A stretch of DNA of 64,000 nucleotides from NCBI GenBank assembly GCA_002269645.1, contig NIVC01000690.1, positions 124,001 through 188,000 of the forward strand, given 5' to 3'. A program made the translations under genes and the position numbers. This document shows, piece by piece, positions 23,801 through 36,664 of this stretch. The stretch's first letter is position 1; the number at the start of each line of letters is the position of its first letter. The stretch comes from Macrostomum lignano (taxonomy: Eukaryota). The notes below the pieces were generated by a model. That model saw only the letters and a list, made by a program, of their open reading frames with translations. It had not been told where the DNA came from and searched no databases.

Positions 23801-24899
23801 GAATTATGCCTAATTATCATTAATAATATAAGTCTCGAAATGGTCATCATACGAGTTTTCAATTACTTCTACATTTAATTGCATAAGTATTTGTTCTGAT
23901 ACTTTTTTGTTTTGAAAGTGATTTATAAGGGAATGGAAACATATTTCTCAGCAGCACTAAAGATGCTGCCGAATTTGTTTAGAAAATTTCAGCTTTAAAA
24001 TGAACCTACGCAAACATTGCGTTCTACTAACAGTAGTGTAGTAAGGAAAATTATATTTAAAATCATACATCAATGTACATGGATGGAAAGTAACCATGGA
24101 TGAAGTTTACGTGGAACCATGTATGATCAGGTATGGCTCCATACATGTTCAGGTATGATCCATACATGGCATCATGGATGCTTCATCCATGATTTATCCA
24201 TGCAAGGAGAGTAGGGCTGCCTTTTAGAAGGATTTTCAGATTTTTACGTAGATAAACAGTTTCCTTTTTCAGCACAAAATTGTTATTACGCTCGTATTGG
24301 CAAATTGCTTTTGATAAGAGACCGACCCACTGTTTATCTTTTCATATGCTTTACTTTTCTTATATAGGCCCCTAGCTCTATTGATATTCATAAAGCTGTT
24401 TGTTAAAAAATTGTATTCTATTCTATTTTAATTTTTCATATTTTTTTTTCAATTCAGCTTCAATTATATTTAAACTTGCAGCGAGGCAAGCGACTGCTAC
24501 TGCTAGGCCTAGCCCTAGACGTGAATACAACAACAACATTAATAGGCAATCTTCAAGTTTCGTTCGTTAAATTATTTTTTCAATGATTTCTGAACTATCT
24601 TGCTCTGAGATGATTATTTTCGAGCTCTCCAGTGTACCCAGCCCTCTCCTAATGATATTAGCATTTAACTTGCAATAAAGAACTAGATTATAGAATTCAT
24701 AGAAATGCATAGTAATGCATGCCTAGACCCCAGAAGGCTAATTAAGGACAAGGTTGACAGTTGTTTTGTCTGCTGCCAGATTGTCTGCCAGTGCCACTTT
24801 TTCATCTGTAAAAATATAGTACTTCTATCATTGATAGTAATTTTGGCTGCTATATTTTTTAATATGATGTCACCTAGGCTATCACATATCAGTATTAAG

Positions 24900-25299
24900 T
24901 AGAGGTCGGACGGGATCCCGATCCTGATCCCGAAATCTCGGGATGCCGAGGAAAATTGAATTCCCGCGGGACCAGAATCCCGACCCTAAAAAACTCAAGA
25001 TTCGGGAACAGGTCTTTCGATTAATAATTTATAGAATTAGTGATTACTTGAAGGTATTTTGCTTTAACTTGTACTCGTTACATTATTTACTTTGTTGGTT
25101 ACAAAAGTCAAAACTTCATATCAATTTCATTGTGTTTTACTTCTTGATCTTGACAATCTTTTCTCAATTTTGTTTAACTTTACATGGACAATACACTAAA
25201 AGACCTGATCCCGATTCCCGAATCCCAATTCCGATCCCGAGAAAAAAATTATTCCCAATCCCGATCCCGCCCGAAGATTTCAATCCCGTCCGACCTCTA
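24900..25299. mobile_element. hAT-type MITE, 400 bp
   Basis: 17-bp TIR TAGAGGTCGGACGGGAT. 8-bp TSD GTATTAAG (24892-24899, 25300-25307). Subterminal ATCCCG repeats. Confidence 0.9.
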
Positions 25300-25646
25300 G
25301 TATTAAGTTTGAATAAAATAGTGAAAGGACAAAAATTCTTTTTTATTATGGTGACAACTAACAACTAATGATAATGTTAGTTATTGTTAGGAAACTAGAA
25401 GTGTGAATATAGGCCAACTTTTTTTTAATTTTAGAAATTAAAAAGGTTTAGTTATAATTTGGTTATTTTTTGCTAAGAAAAAATAAATGTTTGTTTATCT
25501 GAAATCCCATGAAATAAGGCCTATTTATACACATGGCAGCTGTGTCTATTTTATTATAGGCTATAACTATGTCTAGCTACAATAATATAGTTATCTATAA
25601 AAACTAGGTAGTTTCTTATTATAATATGGAGACTAAGTCTTGCAAA

Positions 25647-25839
25647 CAGTGGCGCAACCAGGAGGGGGGGCGGGGGGGGGGCGGTCGCCCCCCCCTTAGG
25701 CGGGGGACCGAAAAAAAATCAAAGGGGGACCAAGCGAATTTTCGCCAAAAACAGAGCCACCCCTCCGCTGCCCCCCCCCTCCCGGGACTTTACCCTCAGA
25801 ATCCGCCCCCCCCTTGAAAAATTTCTGGTTGCGCTACTG
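25647..25839. mobile_element. hAT-type MITE, 193 bp
   Basis: TIR CAGTGGCGCAACCAG / CAGTAGCGCAACCAG (14 of 15 match). 8-bp TSD CTTGCAAA (25639-25646, 25840-25847). G/C-run-rich interior. Confidence 0.9.
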
Positions 25840-26769
25840 CTTGCAAAGAACATTTGCATATAATACTATGTTCTATTAGTGTAAAATTGGAGTTGAAGAA
25901 AAATTAGAAAATAAACAAGAATTTTAAAGTGCAAAACATAATAGAAAACAATGAATATCAATTATAGCAACATGTGATAATAGTCATAGGCCCTATTTGG
26001 ATATATAAGAACATGTTTAATGATAGAAATAACTTAAGTCTTTATACTGAAAAAATATTATGTCAATGCAGTGTATACTTATAATGACATGTAATAGTAT
26101 AGTAATTAGTCTTTATCCAAAAAAAATCTATGCTCTTTCCATTTTCCCTTATAATACTAAGCAGTAGTGTAAATGTATATATAATTTGATAAATGCAACA
26201 AAAATAAATATAAAAAGAATATACTATAAAAAAAGAAAAAAGAAAAAAGAAATAAAAAGAAATACTATTTAAAGTTTCTAAGTAAACAATCACAAATTTC
26301 TTTGTTCCAAATTGATTAAAAGTACAAAATCTAGTCTTATATTTGAAGAACTCACCAATTGGTCAATAACAAAGTCTAAATTAAGATAGTTGGACAAGCC
26401 TTGATTGATAAAAAGTTTAATTAAGATACTTCTTTCAACAGTGCCATAAAAATTTAAAGCAAAATGCTACTAATGCCTCAGTTGCTCTAGGTTGTTCCCC
26501 AAGCTCAATTTCAATCCAAGACTCCAAAATGACTATTGCAACAATGAAACCTGATAAAATCAATCCACTTTGTCCTGCAGAGATCTCAGCCTATGCGGAT
26601 AATTTCTTTAAGCAGTAGTTCTATGCAAAATGATATGAGAACTGAAATTTGCTTGGAGGACTGGGAAAAGATCACAGAGATTTGTAGTACTATTTTCTTG
26701 TAATCCCACAAATGACAAAAAACACTCTTTTACAATAGTTTTCCTTGAGATTGGTGGGTGGTTGGGCAT

Positions 26770-26925
26770 TCATTTTGCGCAGGCACTCATTTTGGCACTG
26801 CAGGCACTCATTTTAGCACTGTAAGCACTCATTTTAGTGCCACAGTCGCTCTTTTTAGCGCCACAGGCACTCATTTTGGTGCTGCAGACACTCATTTTGG
26901 CGCCATGGGCACATATTTTGGCACT
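26770..26925. repeat. Short degenerate ~21-22-bp tandem repeat (GGCACTCATTTT-based)
   Basis: About 7 copies, read directly. Confidence 0.75.
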
Positions 26926-27085
26926 GCAAATGCACAACCTGTACATTTTATATTATGGAAATATCCATTTTACTAACAGAATATTATTAACAAAAATTTA
27001 AGACTCACCTATATTACTCTCCATTTTCAGATCTGTAGCAACTCACAAAGCATTTGGTCATTTCTCATTTGATACTTTTTTATCA

Positions 27086-28572
27086 ATGGGTGGCTGTTGC
27101 TGCAAAGATACTGTATCGGAGTTGGATGAAAGTGACAGACTCCTTGTTAATCCAGTCTCCGACGAAGAGGATTTGCGATTGTAAGCTTTCTTTAAGCTTT
27201 AAGCTTTGGTCTCTTGCTTTCTATTTGTACTATATCCTTAGCTTTGATCCTTTACCTACATTGCAATGAGATCTGTGTTAAAAAATTTATCTGCTAGTTC
27301 CTGGGATCCCAATCCCATCCAGATCATGGGATCACAATCCCATCCAGATCATGGAATCACGATCATCATCCAGATCATGGGATCACAATCCCCATCCAAA
27401 TCATGCGATCACAATCCCCATCCAAATCCTGGGATCACAATCCCCATCCAAATCATGGGATCACAATCCCCATCCAAATCCTGGGATCACAATCCCCATC
27501 CAAATCATGGGATCACAATCCCATCCAGATCATGGGATCACAATCCCCATCATGGGACCACAATCCCCATCATGGGATCACAATCCATATCCAGATCATG
27601 GGATCACAATCCATATCCAGATCATGGGATCACAATCCCCATCATGGGATCACAATCCATATCCAGATCATGGGATCACAATCCATATCCAGATCATGGG
27701 ATCACAATCCATATCTAGATCATGGGATCACAATCCATATCTAGATCATGGGATCACAATCCCCATCCAAATCATGGGATCACAATCCCCATCCAAATCA
27801 TGGGATCACAATCCCATCCAGATCATGGGATCACAATCCCCATCATGGGATCACAATCCATATCCAGATCATGGGATCACAATCCATATCCAGATCATGG
27901 GATCACAATCCATATCTAGATCATGGGATCACAATCCATATCTAGATCATGGGATCACAATCCCCATCCAAATCATGGGATCACAATCCCCATCCAAATC
28001 ATGGGATCACAATCCCATCCAGATCATGGGATCACAATCCCCATCCAGATCATGGGATCACAATCCCATCCAGATCATGGGATCACAATCCCCATCTTGC
28101 TTTCAGCAACCAGCACGCTGGCTACGGCGCTATTAACGGCCTTGACGGCAATTCAGGAATGGGCGATCCACTTTTACAGCATCAGCGACTTCTGAATCAT
28201 CAACAGCCGGACCTGCAGGCGGCCGTGTCGCAGATCCTTGAATCTGTAGCCGGTCAGGTTATCGACGTGGCCTCTGCTGGTCACGCAGGCGCCCCGCAGG
28301 CTCTCGAACAGCAGGAATATCTGCAGCGATCCAGGGCGTTCATCAGAGCCGGCAACGATGGTCTGAGAGGACACCAGCCGCTTAGGCGGGCAGTGCCATC
28401 GGTGCCCGCTAATTCTGCTAATTCACTTGTGGCATTGCTGTCAGGTAGCAGCAGCCACACTGCCGACCTGCAGCTGGTTGCCGGGGCTGCTCAAGCTGTG
28501 GCCTACGCGGTAGCCGCTTTGAATGTCAAATCACCAGATGACCTTTTAGTACAGTTTGGTATGCCTCAGTAG
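27086..28572 (+). CDS. LAMTOR1: Ragulator complex protein LAMTOR1 (p18), 186 aa, coding exons 27086-27180 and 28107-28572
   Basis: N-terminal MGGCCC (myristoylation/palmitoylation), acidic dileucine ELDESDRLLVNP, ILESVAGQVIDV...EQQEYLQRSR, and C-terminal DLQLV...DDLLVQFGMP match the LAMTOR1 pattern. The phase-2 intron GTAAG...TTTCAG joins the exons in frame (561 nt). Confidence 0.88.
27301..28096. repeat. ~26-bp minisatellite (GATCATGGGATCACAATCCCCATCCA, with 20/25-bp variants) filling the LAMTOR1 intron
   Basis: Direct reading. Each unit contains a GGGAT-CACA-ATCCC inverted repeat. Confidence 0.95.
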
Positions 28573-28597
28573 GTAAAGGTATTTTACCCTAGGATAA

Positions 28598-29140
28598 GAT
28601 CGTTTTTGGGATTTAAATCCTCATTAATCTACGGCTATAGATACCTAGTGTCTTTATGATCATTTTGGGGATTTAAATCCTCATTATTCTATGGCTAGAG
28701 ATCCCCAGTGTCTTTGTGATCATTTTGGGGATTTAAATCCTCATTATTCTATGGCTAGAGATCCCCAGTGTCTTTATGATCATTTTGGGGATTTAAATCC
28801 TCATTAATCTACGGCTATAGATACCTAGTGTCTTTATGATCATTTTGGGGATTTAAATCCTCATTATTCTATGGCTAGAGATCCCCAGTGTCTTTATGAT
28901 CATTTTGGGGATTTAAATCCTCATTAATCTATGGCTAGAGATCCCCAGTGTCTTTATGATCATTTTGGGGATTTAAATCCTCATTAATCTACGGCTATAG
29001 ATACCTAGTGTCTTTATGATCATTTTGGGGATTTAAATCCTCATTATTGTACATTTGTACTGCTAGAGATCCCACGTGTTCTTATGATCAATTTGGGGAT
29101 TTTAATCCTCATTATTCTATGGCTATAGATCCCACGTGTC
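28598..29140. repeat. 60-bp satellite (~9 copies)
   Basis: Successive 60-base lines all begin TCATTA. Two variant unit types are interspersed. Confidence 0.95.
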
Positions 29141-29507
29141 CAAGTGTCAATTAAGTGTATTTGTAATCAAAATATAATGAACAATAATTTTGTCTTCCAA
29201 TTGTTTTCTATTTTAAAAATAGAGTTTGTTGACTTTATCAGTCACAACTATGTTGTTTAAAATTAACTATCTATGTGCCTTTGGTAGAAATAAAAAACTT
29301 ACTAGGCGCTTATTTAATCATTTCCTTCGCGTGTTTTTTGTGCTTACAGAGGTCATCGAACGATGTCTGAAAATATTTAGTGACTTAATTGTTGTCCGTT
29401 CGTTTCACTGTTTAAATACTTTAGTTTTACCTGGAAAATTTTGTTTTAACTTGACCTAATTGCCTTTATTTTTTATCTAAATTGTTCACGAAAACGAACG
29501 GCACACC

Positions 29508-30372
29508 TAGCCTGAGAATCGGTCATAAACCTACCCTGAGAATCGGTCATAAACTCAACCTAAGAATCGGTCATAAACCCACCCTGGGAATCGGTCATAA
29601 ACCCACCCTGGGAATGGGTCATAAACCCACCCTGAGAATCGGTCATAAACCCACCCTGGGAATCGGTCATTCACCCACCCTGGGAATCGGTCATTCACCC
29701 ACCCTGAGAATCGGTCATAAACCCACCCTGAGAATCGGTCATTCACCCAACCTGAAAATCGGTCATAAACCCACCCTGAGAATCGGTCATAAACCCACCC
29801 TGAGAATCGGTCATATACCCACCCTAAGAATCGGTCATAAACCCAACCTGAGAATGGGTCATAAACCCACCCTGGGAATCGGTCATAAACCCACCCTGGG
29901 AATCGGTCATAAACCCACCCTGAGAATCGGTCATAAACCCAACCTGAAAATCGGTCATAAACCCACCCTGAGAATCGGTCATAAACCCACCCTGAGAATC
30001 GGTCATAAACCTACCCTGAGAATTGGTCATATACCCACCCTGAGAATCGGTCATAAACCCAACCTGAGAATGGGTCATAAACCCACCCTGGGAATCGGTC
30101 ATAAACCCACCCTGGGAATCGGTCATAAACCCACCCTGAGAATCGGTCATAAACCCACCCTGGGAATCGGTCATAAACTCAACCTAAGAATCGGTCATAA
30201 ACTCAACCTAAGAATCGGTCATAAACCCACCCTGAGAATCGGTCATAAACCCACCCTGAGAATCGGTCATAAACCCAACCTGAGAATCGGTTATTAACCC
30301 AACCTGAAAATTGGTCATAAAAACCACGTACCATGAAAATCGGTCATAAAACCCACCCTGAGAGTCGGTCAT
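29508..30372. repeat. 24-bp minisatellite (AATCGGTCATAAACCCACCCTGAG)
   Basis: Direct reading. It explains the LRIGHKPT repeat ORF. Confidence 0.95.
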
Positions 30373-31074
30373 TAAGTCCATGTAGAAAAATTTATTGTTC
30401 ACATTTAATTTTTCTAATTCCTTTTTACCTACGTGAGCCAGGAACTCAGAATTACGAAACTTCACGCAGTGTTTTGAAGTACAAGAATACAAAAGCACAT
30501 TTTCTTTATTAATTTGTTTCACCGCCTGTTCATATTGCACTGACTGCATTTCAGTATTTATCAAATTTTCGATCAATGACTAATTTTATACAGGTTAATT
30601 ACAGTTTTTTAATGTATCCTTTATTTCTGGTTGCTTTAACAATAACATACTTTGTTAAGTAGTGCTGATTGCTTTTGAGTTCCGAAATTCCCAAAATTAT
30701 CAATGAAATCAGTTGTTATTCTGGAATCTCTTCATCAATAATTGTTCTTCATCAGCTCATTAAATTTTGTGTATTTTTGGTAAAAATGCTTTTGTTTAAT
30801 CGGCGCCCACCAATTTAAAAAAATTATTTGTTTCTTTCTTTAGCGTCGCTCTCGTTACGATTGTGAATTTGTGGTATTGCATAATTGATTGCTTTATTGT
30901 TGGGCGGATTTGCGCTTTTTCTGTAAATAAGCTACATTGCTCAGACTGTTTTGACGACCAACGTTGTTTTCTATAAATAATAACAATTTGTGCTCGGATT
31001 TCTTTTGGCTTCTCGTTGGTTGCTAAATTTGATTTCACAGACAAATACGAAAGGGGTTACAGACAATTTAGCAA

Positions 31075-31476
31075 ACTGACAGACAAATACAGACTGTTAC
31101 AGCCAACTCTGACAGACAAATACAGACTATGACAGCCAACTCTGACAGACAAATACAGACTATGACAGCCAACTCTGACAGACAAATACATACTATGACA
31201 GCCAACTCTGACAGACAAATACAGACTATTACAGCCAACTCTGACAGACAAATACATACTATGACAGCCAACTCTGACAGACAAATACATACTATTACAG
31301 CCAACTCTGACAGACAAATACAGACTTTTACAGCCAACTCTGACAGACAAATACAGACTATTACAGCCAACTCTGACAGACAAATACAGACTATTACAGC
31401 CAACTCTGACAGACAAATACAGACTATTACAGTCAACTCTGACAGACAAATACAAACTATTACAGTCAACTCTGAC
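31075..31476. repeat. 33-bp minisatellite (ACAGCCAACTCTGACAGACAAATACAGACTATT)
   Basis: About 12 copies, read directly. Confidence 0.95.
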
Positions 31477-31886
31477 TTCAGAATCGAATTGAAAGTTTGA
31501 TTTGCAATTGCTTAATGTTTACTAATTTTAGTATGCACAATATACGAAGTTTACAAACAGTAACAACAAGTGACATTAAAGTACATCCATGTAATTTGAG
31601 CGACATAGCAAAGCCAATTTACTTGAAGCGATGTACTTACTACTAATCAGTACTGATAGTGCACACGAACAGCAATTTAAATTTGGCGCTTAGAGTATTT
31701 ATTAGTAGAGCAATTTAAAAACATGCAACAGTTATAATGAGTAAAATTGTTTAAATCTTGCGTCCAGTTGATTTCTAAGAAAGTCGAGTACAGAAAGTAC
31801 TTTATATAAAAATTTAAGCATTCCTGTTTCGCTCAAATGTGAAAAGAAAAGTACAATAGAAATTAGGTAATCATTGAAGTTATTAA

Positions 31887-34800
31887 TTAGACGAAACTGG
31901 CACCCGCCGTCGGGTCAAATGTCGGTCTCGACTGCTGCTGCTGCTGCTGTCTCCGACTTTGCTGCTGCTGCCGTCGACTCCTCGACGGTGTCATCAGGCT
32001 GCCGCCGACCTCGGCGGTGGAGGAGGAAGGACAGCCGCCTTCGATTCCGGTCGATGATTCGCCAATTCCGCCGTCGGCCTCGCCTCGACGCAGAGTTGCC
32101 GTCGCTGCGGCGCTGGCGCCGGCGTTTGCCTGGTGGGCGATCTGGTAATAGGTGTGCTGATGAGGCTGATGAGGCTGGAGGGTCTCCGAGCGGCCCTGCA
32201 GTCGCAGCACTTGATAGTCGTAATTTCCGTGACCCGGTTTGGTCATCATGGTTGCCGACTGCGGCTTGCCTGACCCGATGAAGGATTTTAAATTTCATCT
32301 GTTTAAGCTTTCGCTGCTGGCTACTGATAGTAATGTTATTTGAATATATTGTGCAAACACGTTACATAGGGTGAGAGAAATTCAGGACAGTAACTTTCAA
32401 GTTTCAGGACAGGGATTCCCAATTCCCATAGACTTCAGGACAGGGGTTGCCATATACTTCAGGACAGGGATAGCCATTATACTTCAGGACAGGGATTGCT
32501 ATGTAGACTTCAGGACAGGGATTGCCATATAGGCTTCAGGACAGGGATTGCTATGTAGACTTCAGGACAGGGATTGTCATAGACTTCAGGACAGGGATTG
32601 CTATGTAGACTTCAGGACAGGGATTGTCATAGACTTCAGGACAGGGATTGTCATAGACTTCAGGACAGGGATTGTCATAGACTTCAGGACAGGGATTGCC
32701 ATAGACTTCAGGACAGGGATTGTCATAGACTTCAGAACAGGGATTGTCATAGACTTCAGGACAGGGATTGCCATAGACTTCAGGACAGGGATTGTCATAG
32801 ACTTCAGGACAGGGATTGTCATAAACTTCAGGACAGGGATTGCCATAGACTTCAGGACAGGGATTGCCATAGACTTCAGGACAGGGATTGCCATAGACTT
32901 CAGGACAGGGATTGCCATAGACTTCAGGACAGGGATTGCCATAGACTTCAGGACAGGGATTGCTATGTAGACTTCAGGACAGGGATTGCCATAGACTTCA
33001 GGACAGGGATTGCCATAGACTTCAGGACAGGGATTGCCATAGACTTCAGGACAGGGATTGCTATGTAGACTTCAGGACAGGGATTGCAATGTAGACTTCA
33101 GGACAGGGATTGCTATGTAGACTTCACGACAGGGATTGCCATAGACTTCGGGAATCCCAGAAACAAATGACTGACTGTCTGAATCAGCACTAAACAATTG
33201 CACTTTTGAGAAGTGAAAATCTAAAATAAGTTGTTTTGAGCCCATGGCTTTGACGGAAAAATGAGAAGCTGTAGATTTTTTTGATTAAATATAACTTTAA
33301 TCAATCAAATTAATCAGCAACTTTCGTACCTTTGTTAGCAAACGGATGAAGTGGCGTCCCGTCAATGGAGTGAGCCAGAGTTGGGATCAAGTTATAGTGC
33401 TGGAATGTTAAATTTGACTATTTGTTTATTCAATTCCTTCCGATTGTGCCACACTAATTATTATATTTTCAATTTAAATGCTCTTGACTGAATTTACCTC
33501 TGCAGTGTCAGCTCCAGCTGGTTCTCCGCAACGAAGTGTGCCCACTGAAATTTGAGATTTGGGAGCAAAAGTATCTGTATGGGGAGTTTAGAGCTGCTGT
33601 AAGGGAGAGAGAGGAGAGATAAAGGGAGAGGGAATGAGAGATGAAGGGAGAGGGAATGAGAGATGAAGGGAGAGAGAATGAGAGGGAGAGAGAGGACAGA
33701 TGAGAGAGAAGGAGAGATGAGAGGGAAAGAGAACAAGGGATGAGAGGGAGAGAGAGGGAGAGATGAGAGGGAGAAAGGAGGGATGAGAGGGAGAGAGAGA
33801 TTGAGAGATGAAGAGAGAGAGAGAGATGGAAAGATGAAGGGAGAGAGAGACGGAGAGATGAGAGAGAAATAGTAGAGATGGGAGGGAGGGAGAGAAGGAG
33901 AGATGAAGGGAGACAGAAGGTCTGATAGAGAGAGGGGGGAGAGACGAAGGAATGAAGAAGGAGAGAAGCAGGGAAACAGGAGAGTGTGGAGAAGCCACTG
34001 CCCATTGAGTCTCAGCGGGAACGAATCACATGCCAGTCTTGTCAATTGAATTGTTAAATCATCAAATAATGAAATGATGTGAAAGTTGGAAAAAATGAAT
34101 GTTTAAAAAATGATTCAAATCTGCTAGCAAGGTGACGAAGTAAAAAAACAGCTGGCTAGTGGCTAAGCCTCGATAATTAATAAAGTGAGACAATGCAGTG
34201 CAACCTCATTCAACCTCTGTCAAAATGAGTCATAAATCTTTCCAAAAGCAGACTCAAGATGGAGCCCACAAAAACGGGTCTGGTTGGAATAGATAAGAGA
34301 GTAGCAATCCGATTGGAACAGAGAAGGAAGCTGGAGAGGATGAGGATCTTATAGCATATCGATCAATAGGGAGGAACTCGTAAGTTACTATATCATCGCC
34401 ACTCCACCGATGAGATGGCTCTAGTCCATGTAGTAGGATCTCTAGCTTCGAAAACATCTCCCCATCTCCCTATCTCTCTCTCATCTCTCATCGAATCGAG
34501 AGAGTTTAAATTCGAGTTCTCATAAGCTCCGGACAAGGAGCAGGCCAAAAGCAAGTTCGACCGCAATGGAGGGCCGGGGCGGTGTCGGTCGAATGACTGA
34601 CTTTTTCCTGACTCGCTTGAGTGAGGCTTTTTTGAGTAGGGGAGGCTTCGAAGGGTCTCTGGTTGGCCGGTCGATATATCGAGTGGGACGGGTGAATGGC
34701 CCGTCCCTCACTTTACTTGGCCTGTCTGTCAGTCAGAGGCCGCTTCAGCGGCTGCTCTTCGTGCGGCTCGCGACTCTTTGGCTATCACAGTTTTGTCCGG

Positions 34801-36340
34801 GCCTCAGCTTCATCCCGGATCTTGCTGGGATTCCGTTTGCTGAATTCCCTCCTTTCTCACCCCTCTGATCTCTCTCCTCTGATCTCTCCCCTCTGATCTC
34901 TCTCCTCTGATCTCTCCTCTGATCTCTCCTCTGATCTCTCCTCTGATCTCTCCCCTCCTTTCTCACCCCTCTGATCTCTCTCCTCTGATCTCTCTCCTCT
35001 GATCTCTCCTCTGATCTCTCTCCTCTGATCTCTCCTCTGATCTCTCCTCTGATCTCTCCTCTGATCTCTCCTCTGATCTCTCCTCTGATCTCTCCCCTCT
35101 GATCTCACCCCTCTGATCTCACCCCTCTGATCTCTCCTCTGAACTCACCCCTCTGATCTCTCCTCTGATCTCTCCCCTCTGATCTCACCCCTCTGATCTC
35201 TCTCCTCTGATCTCTCTCCTCTGATCTCTCTCCTCTGATCTCTCTCCTCTGATCTCTCTCCTCTGATCTCTCCTCTGATCTCTCCTTTGATCTCTCCTCT
35301 GATCTCTCCCCTCTGATCTCACCCCTCTGAACTCACCCCTCTGATCTCTCCTCTGATCTCTCCCCTCTGATCTCACCCCTCTGATCTCTCTCCTCTGATC
35401 CCTCCCTCTGATCTCTCCCCTCTGATCTCTCCCCTCTATTCTCTCCCTCTGATCTCTCCCTTCTGATCTCTCCCCTCGGATCTCTCCCCTCGGATCTCTC
35501 CCCTCGGATCTCTCCCCTCGGATCTCTCCCCTCGGATCTCTCCCCTCTATTCTCCCCCCTCTGATCTCTCCCTTCTGATCTCTCCCCTCGGATCTCTCCC
35601 CTCGGATCTCTCCCCTCTATTCTCCCCCCTCTGATCTCTCCCTTCTGATCTCTCCCCTCTGATCTCTCCCTTCTGATCTCTCCCCTCTATTCTCTCCCCT
35701 CTATTCTCTCCCCTCTGATCTCTCCCCTCTGATCTCTCCCCTCTGATCTCTCCCTTCTGATCTCTCTCCTCTGATCTCTCCCCTCTGATCTCTCCCTTCT
35801 GATCTCTCTCCTCTGATCTCTCCCCTCGGATCTCTCCCCTCAGATCTCTCTCCTCTGATCTCTCCCCTCTATTCTCTCCCCTCTCATCTCTCCCCTCTTA
35901 TCTCTCCCCTCTCATCTCTCCCCTCTATTCACTCCCCTCTCATCTCTCCCTCTCATCTCTCCCCTCTATTCTCCCCCCTCTATTCTCTCCCCTCTCATCT
36001 CTCCCCTCTATTCTCCCCCCTCTATTCTCTCCCCTCTCATCTCTCCCCTCTATTCTCCCCCCTCTATTCTCTCCCCTCTGATCTCTGCCCTCTATTCTCT
36101 CCCCTCCGTTCTGCCAAAGCAATAGACTCTAATCCAGTTGTTTAAAAAATGCTTTCTTACAACCACAACGATTACGATTTAATCTGAATACTTAATCTTT
36201 TTTCAAGCAATGTCAATTGAAAAACGATTTAACAGCATAAGGAGACGGCGCCAGTTGATGGCTATACTGGATAGAAGCTTGAGCCTCATCAGAATGGGAA
36301 CGGAACCAGCCATCATTATCATACAAGGATGCAGGGGAAG
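31887..36340 (-). CDS. Probable cytoplasmic-tail exons of the protocadherin: 36340-~36225, 33544-33498, 33399-33330, 32269-31887
   Basis: The exon at 36340 has a strong acceptor and continues phase 1 from the TM exon (ASPASLYDNDGW...). Exons 33544-33498 and 33399-33330 have GT/AG ends and chain in phase (GTLRCGEPAGADTAE-HYNLIPTLAHSIDG...) into a last exon ending ASFV-stop. The donor of the 36340 exon and its link to 33544 were not resolved. Confidence 0.55.
32412..33150. repeat. 24-bp minisatellite (GACTTCAGGACAGGGATTGCCATA), intronic
   Basis: Direct reading. Confidence 0.95.
33602..33970. repeat. GA-rich low-complexity repeat, intronic
   Basis: Direct reading. Confidence 0.85.
34852..36108. 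repeat. Pyrimidine-rich 12-14-bp minisatellite (CTCTGATCTCTC, drifting to CTCTATTCTCCC), intronic
   Basis: Direct reading. Confidence 0.95.
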
Positions 36341-36664
36341 CTATATAAGAAGATTTTAAAGAAGAAAAACAGCCAACCCGCAGACAACTACTTAGTACCG
36401 CCGCACGCACTCAGAACTCCAGCTGTCGCAATAATGATGATAATAACCCGACCCCACAGATTATAATATATGCGCAGGTTGGTAGATTACCATAAAAATT
36501 TTAAGGATTTAAGTCAATAAACTGCTGTTTGATTTGCGTCTTTACGTTCTAGTATAGTGTACGTAGGGTACTGGCTAGTGGGGTGAAGGATTAAGGAACC
36601 GAGATGATAGATTCTGAGTTTCTTGGCTTTCTTAGCTGGATAAAGGTGAGGCGAAATAGGTTAG

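Larger units (their letters stand above)
14203..24216 (+). mobile_element. CACTA/EnSpm-type (CMC superfamily) DNA transposon, 10,014 bp including a nested insertion
   Basis: Imperfect 28-bp TIRs: CCCTACTCTCttatCATGGATAAATCAT at 14203 versus reverse complement CCCTACTCTCcttgCATGGATAAATCAT ending at 24216. 2-bp TSD CT (14201-14202, 24217-24218). CATG-rich subterminal repeats. EnSpm-type transposase inside. Confidence 0.85.

Noticed and set aside
26350-26560. Minus-strand exon-like segment (TTATCAG...G/GTGAG) upstream of LAMTOR1
   Set aside because: All three frames hit stops. It may be non-coding or chance.
27266-28100. Multiple WDHNP/MGSQS repeat ORFs
   Set aside because: Intronic minisatellite of LAMTOR1. 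Only the part from 28107 is coding.
31915-32298. ORF MKFKILHR... as the protocadherin last exon
   Set aside because: Requires phase 0, whereas the preceding candidate exon ends in phase 1. The overlapping frame ending ASFV is more protein-like.
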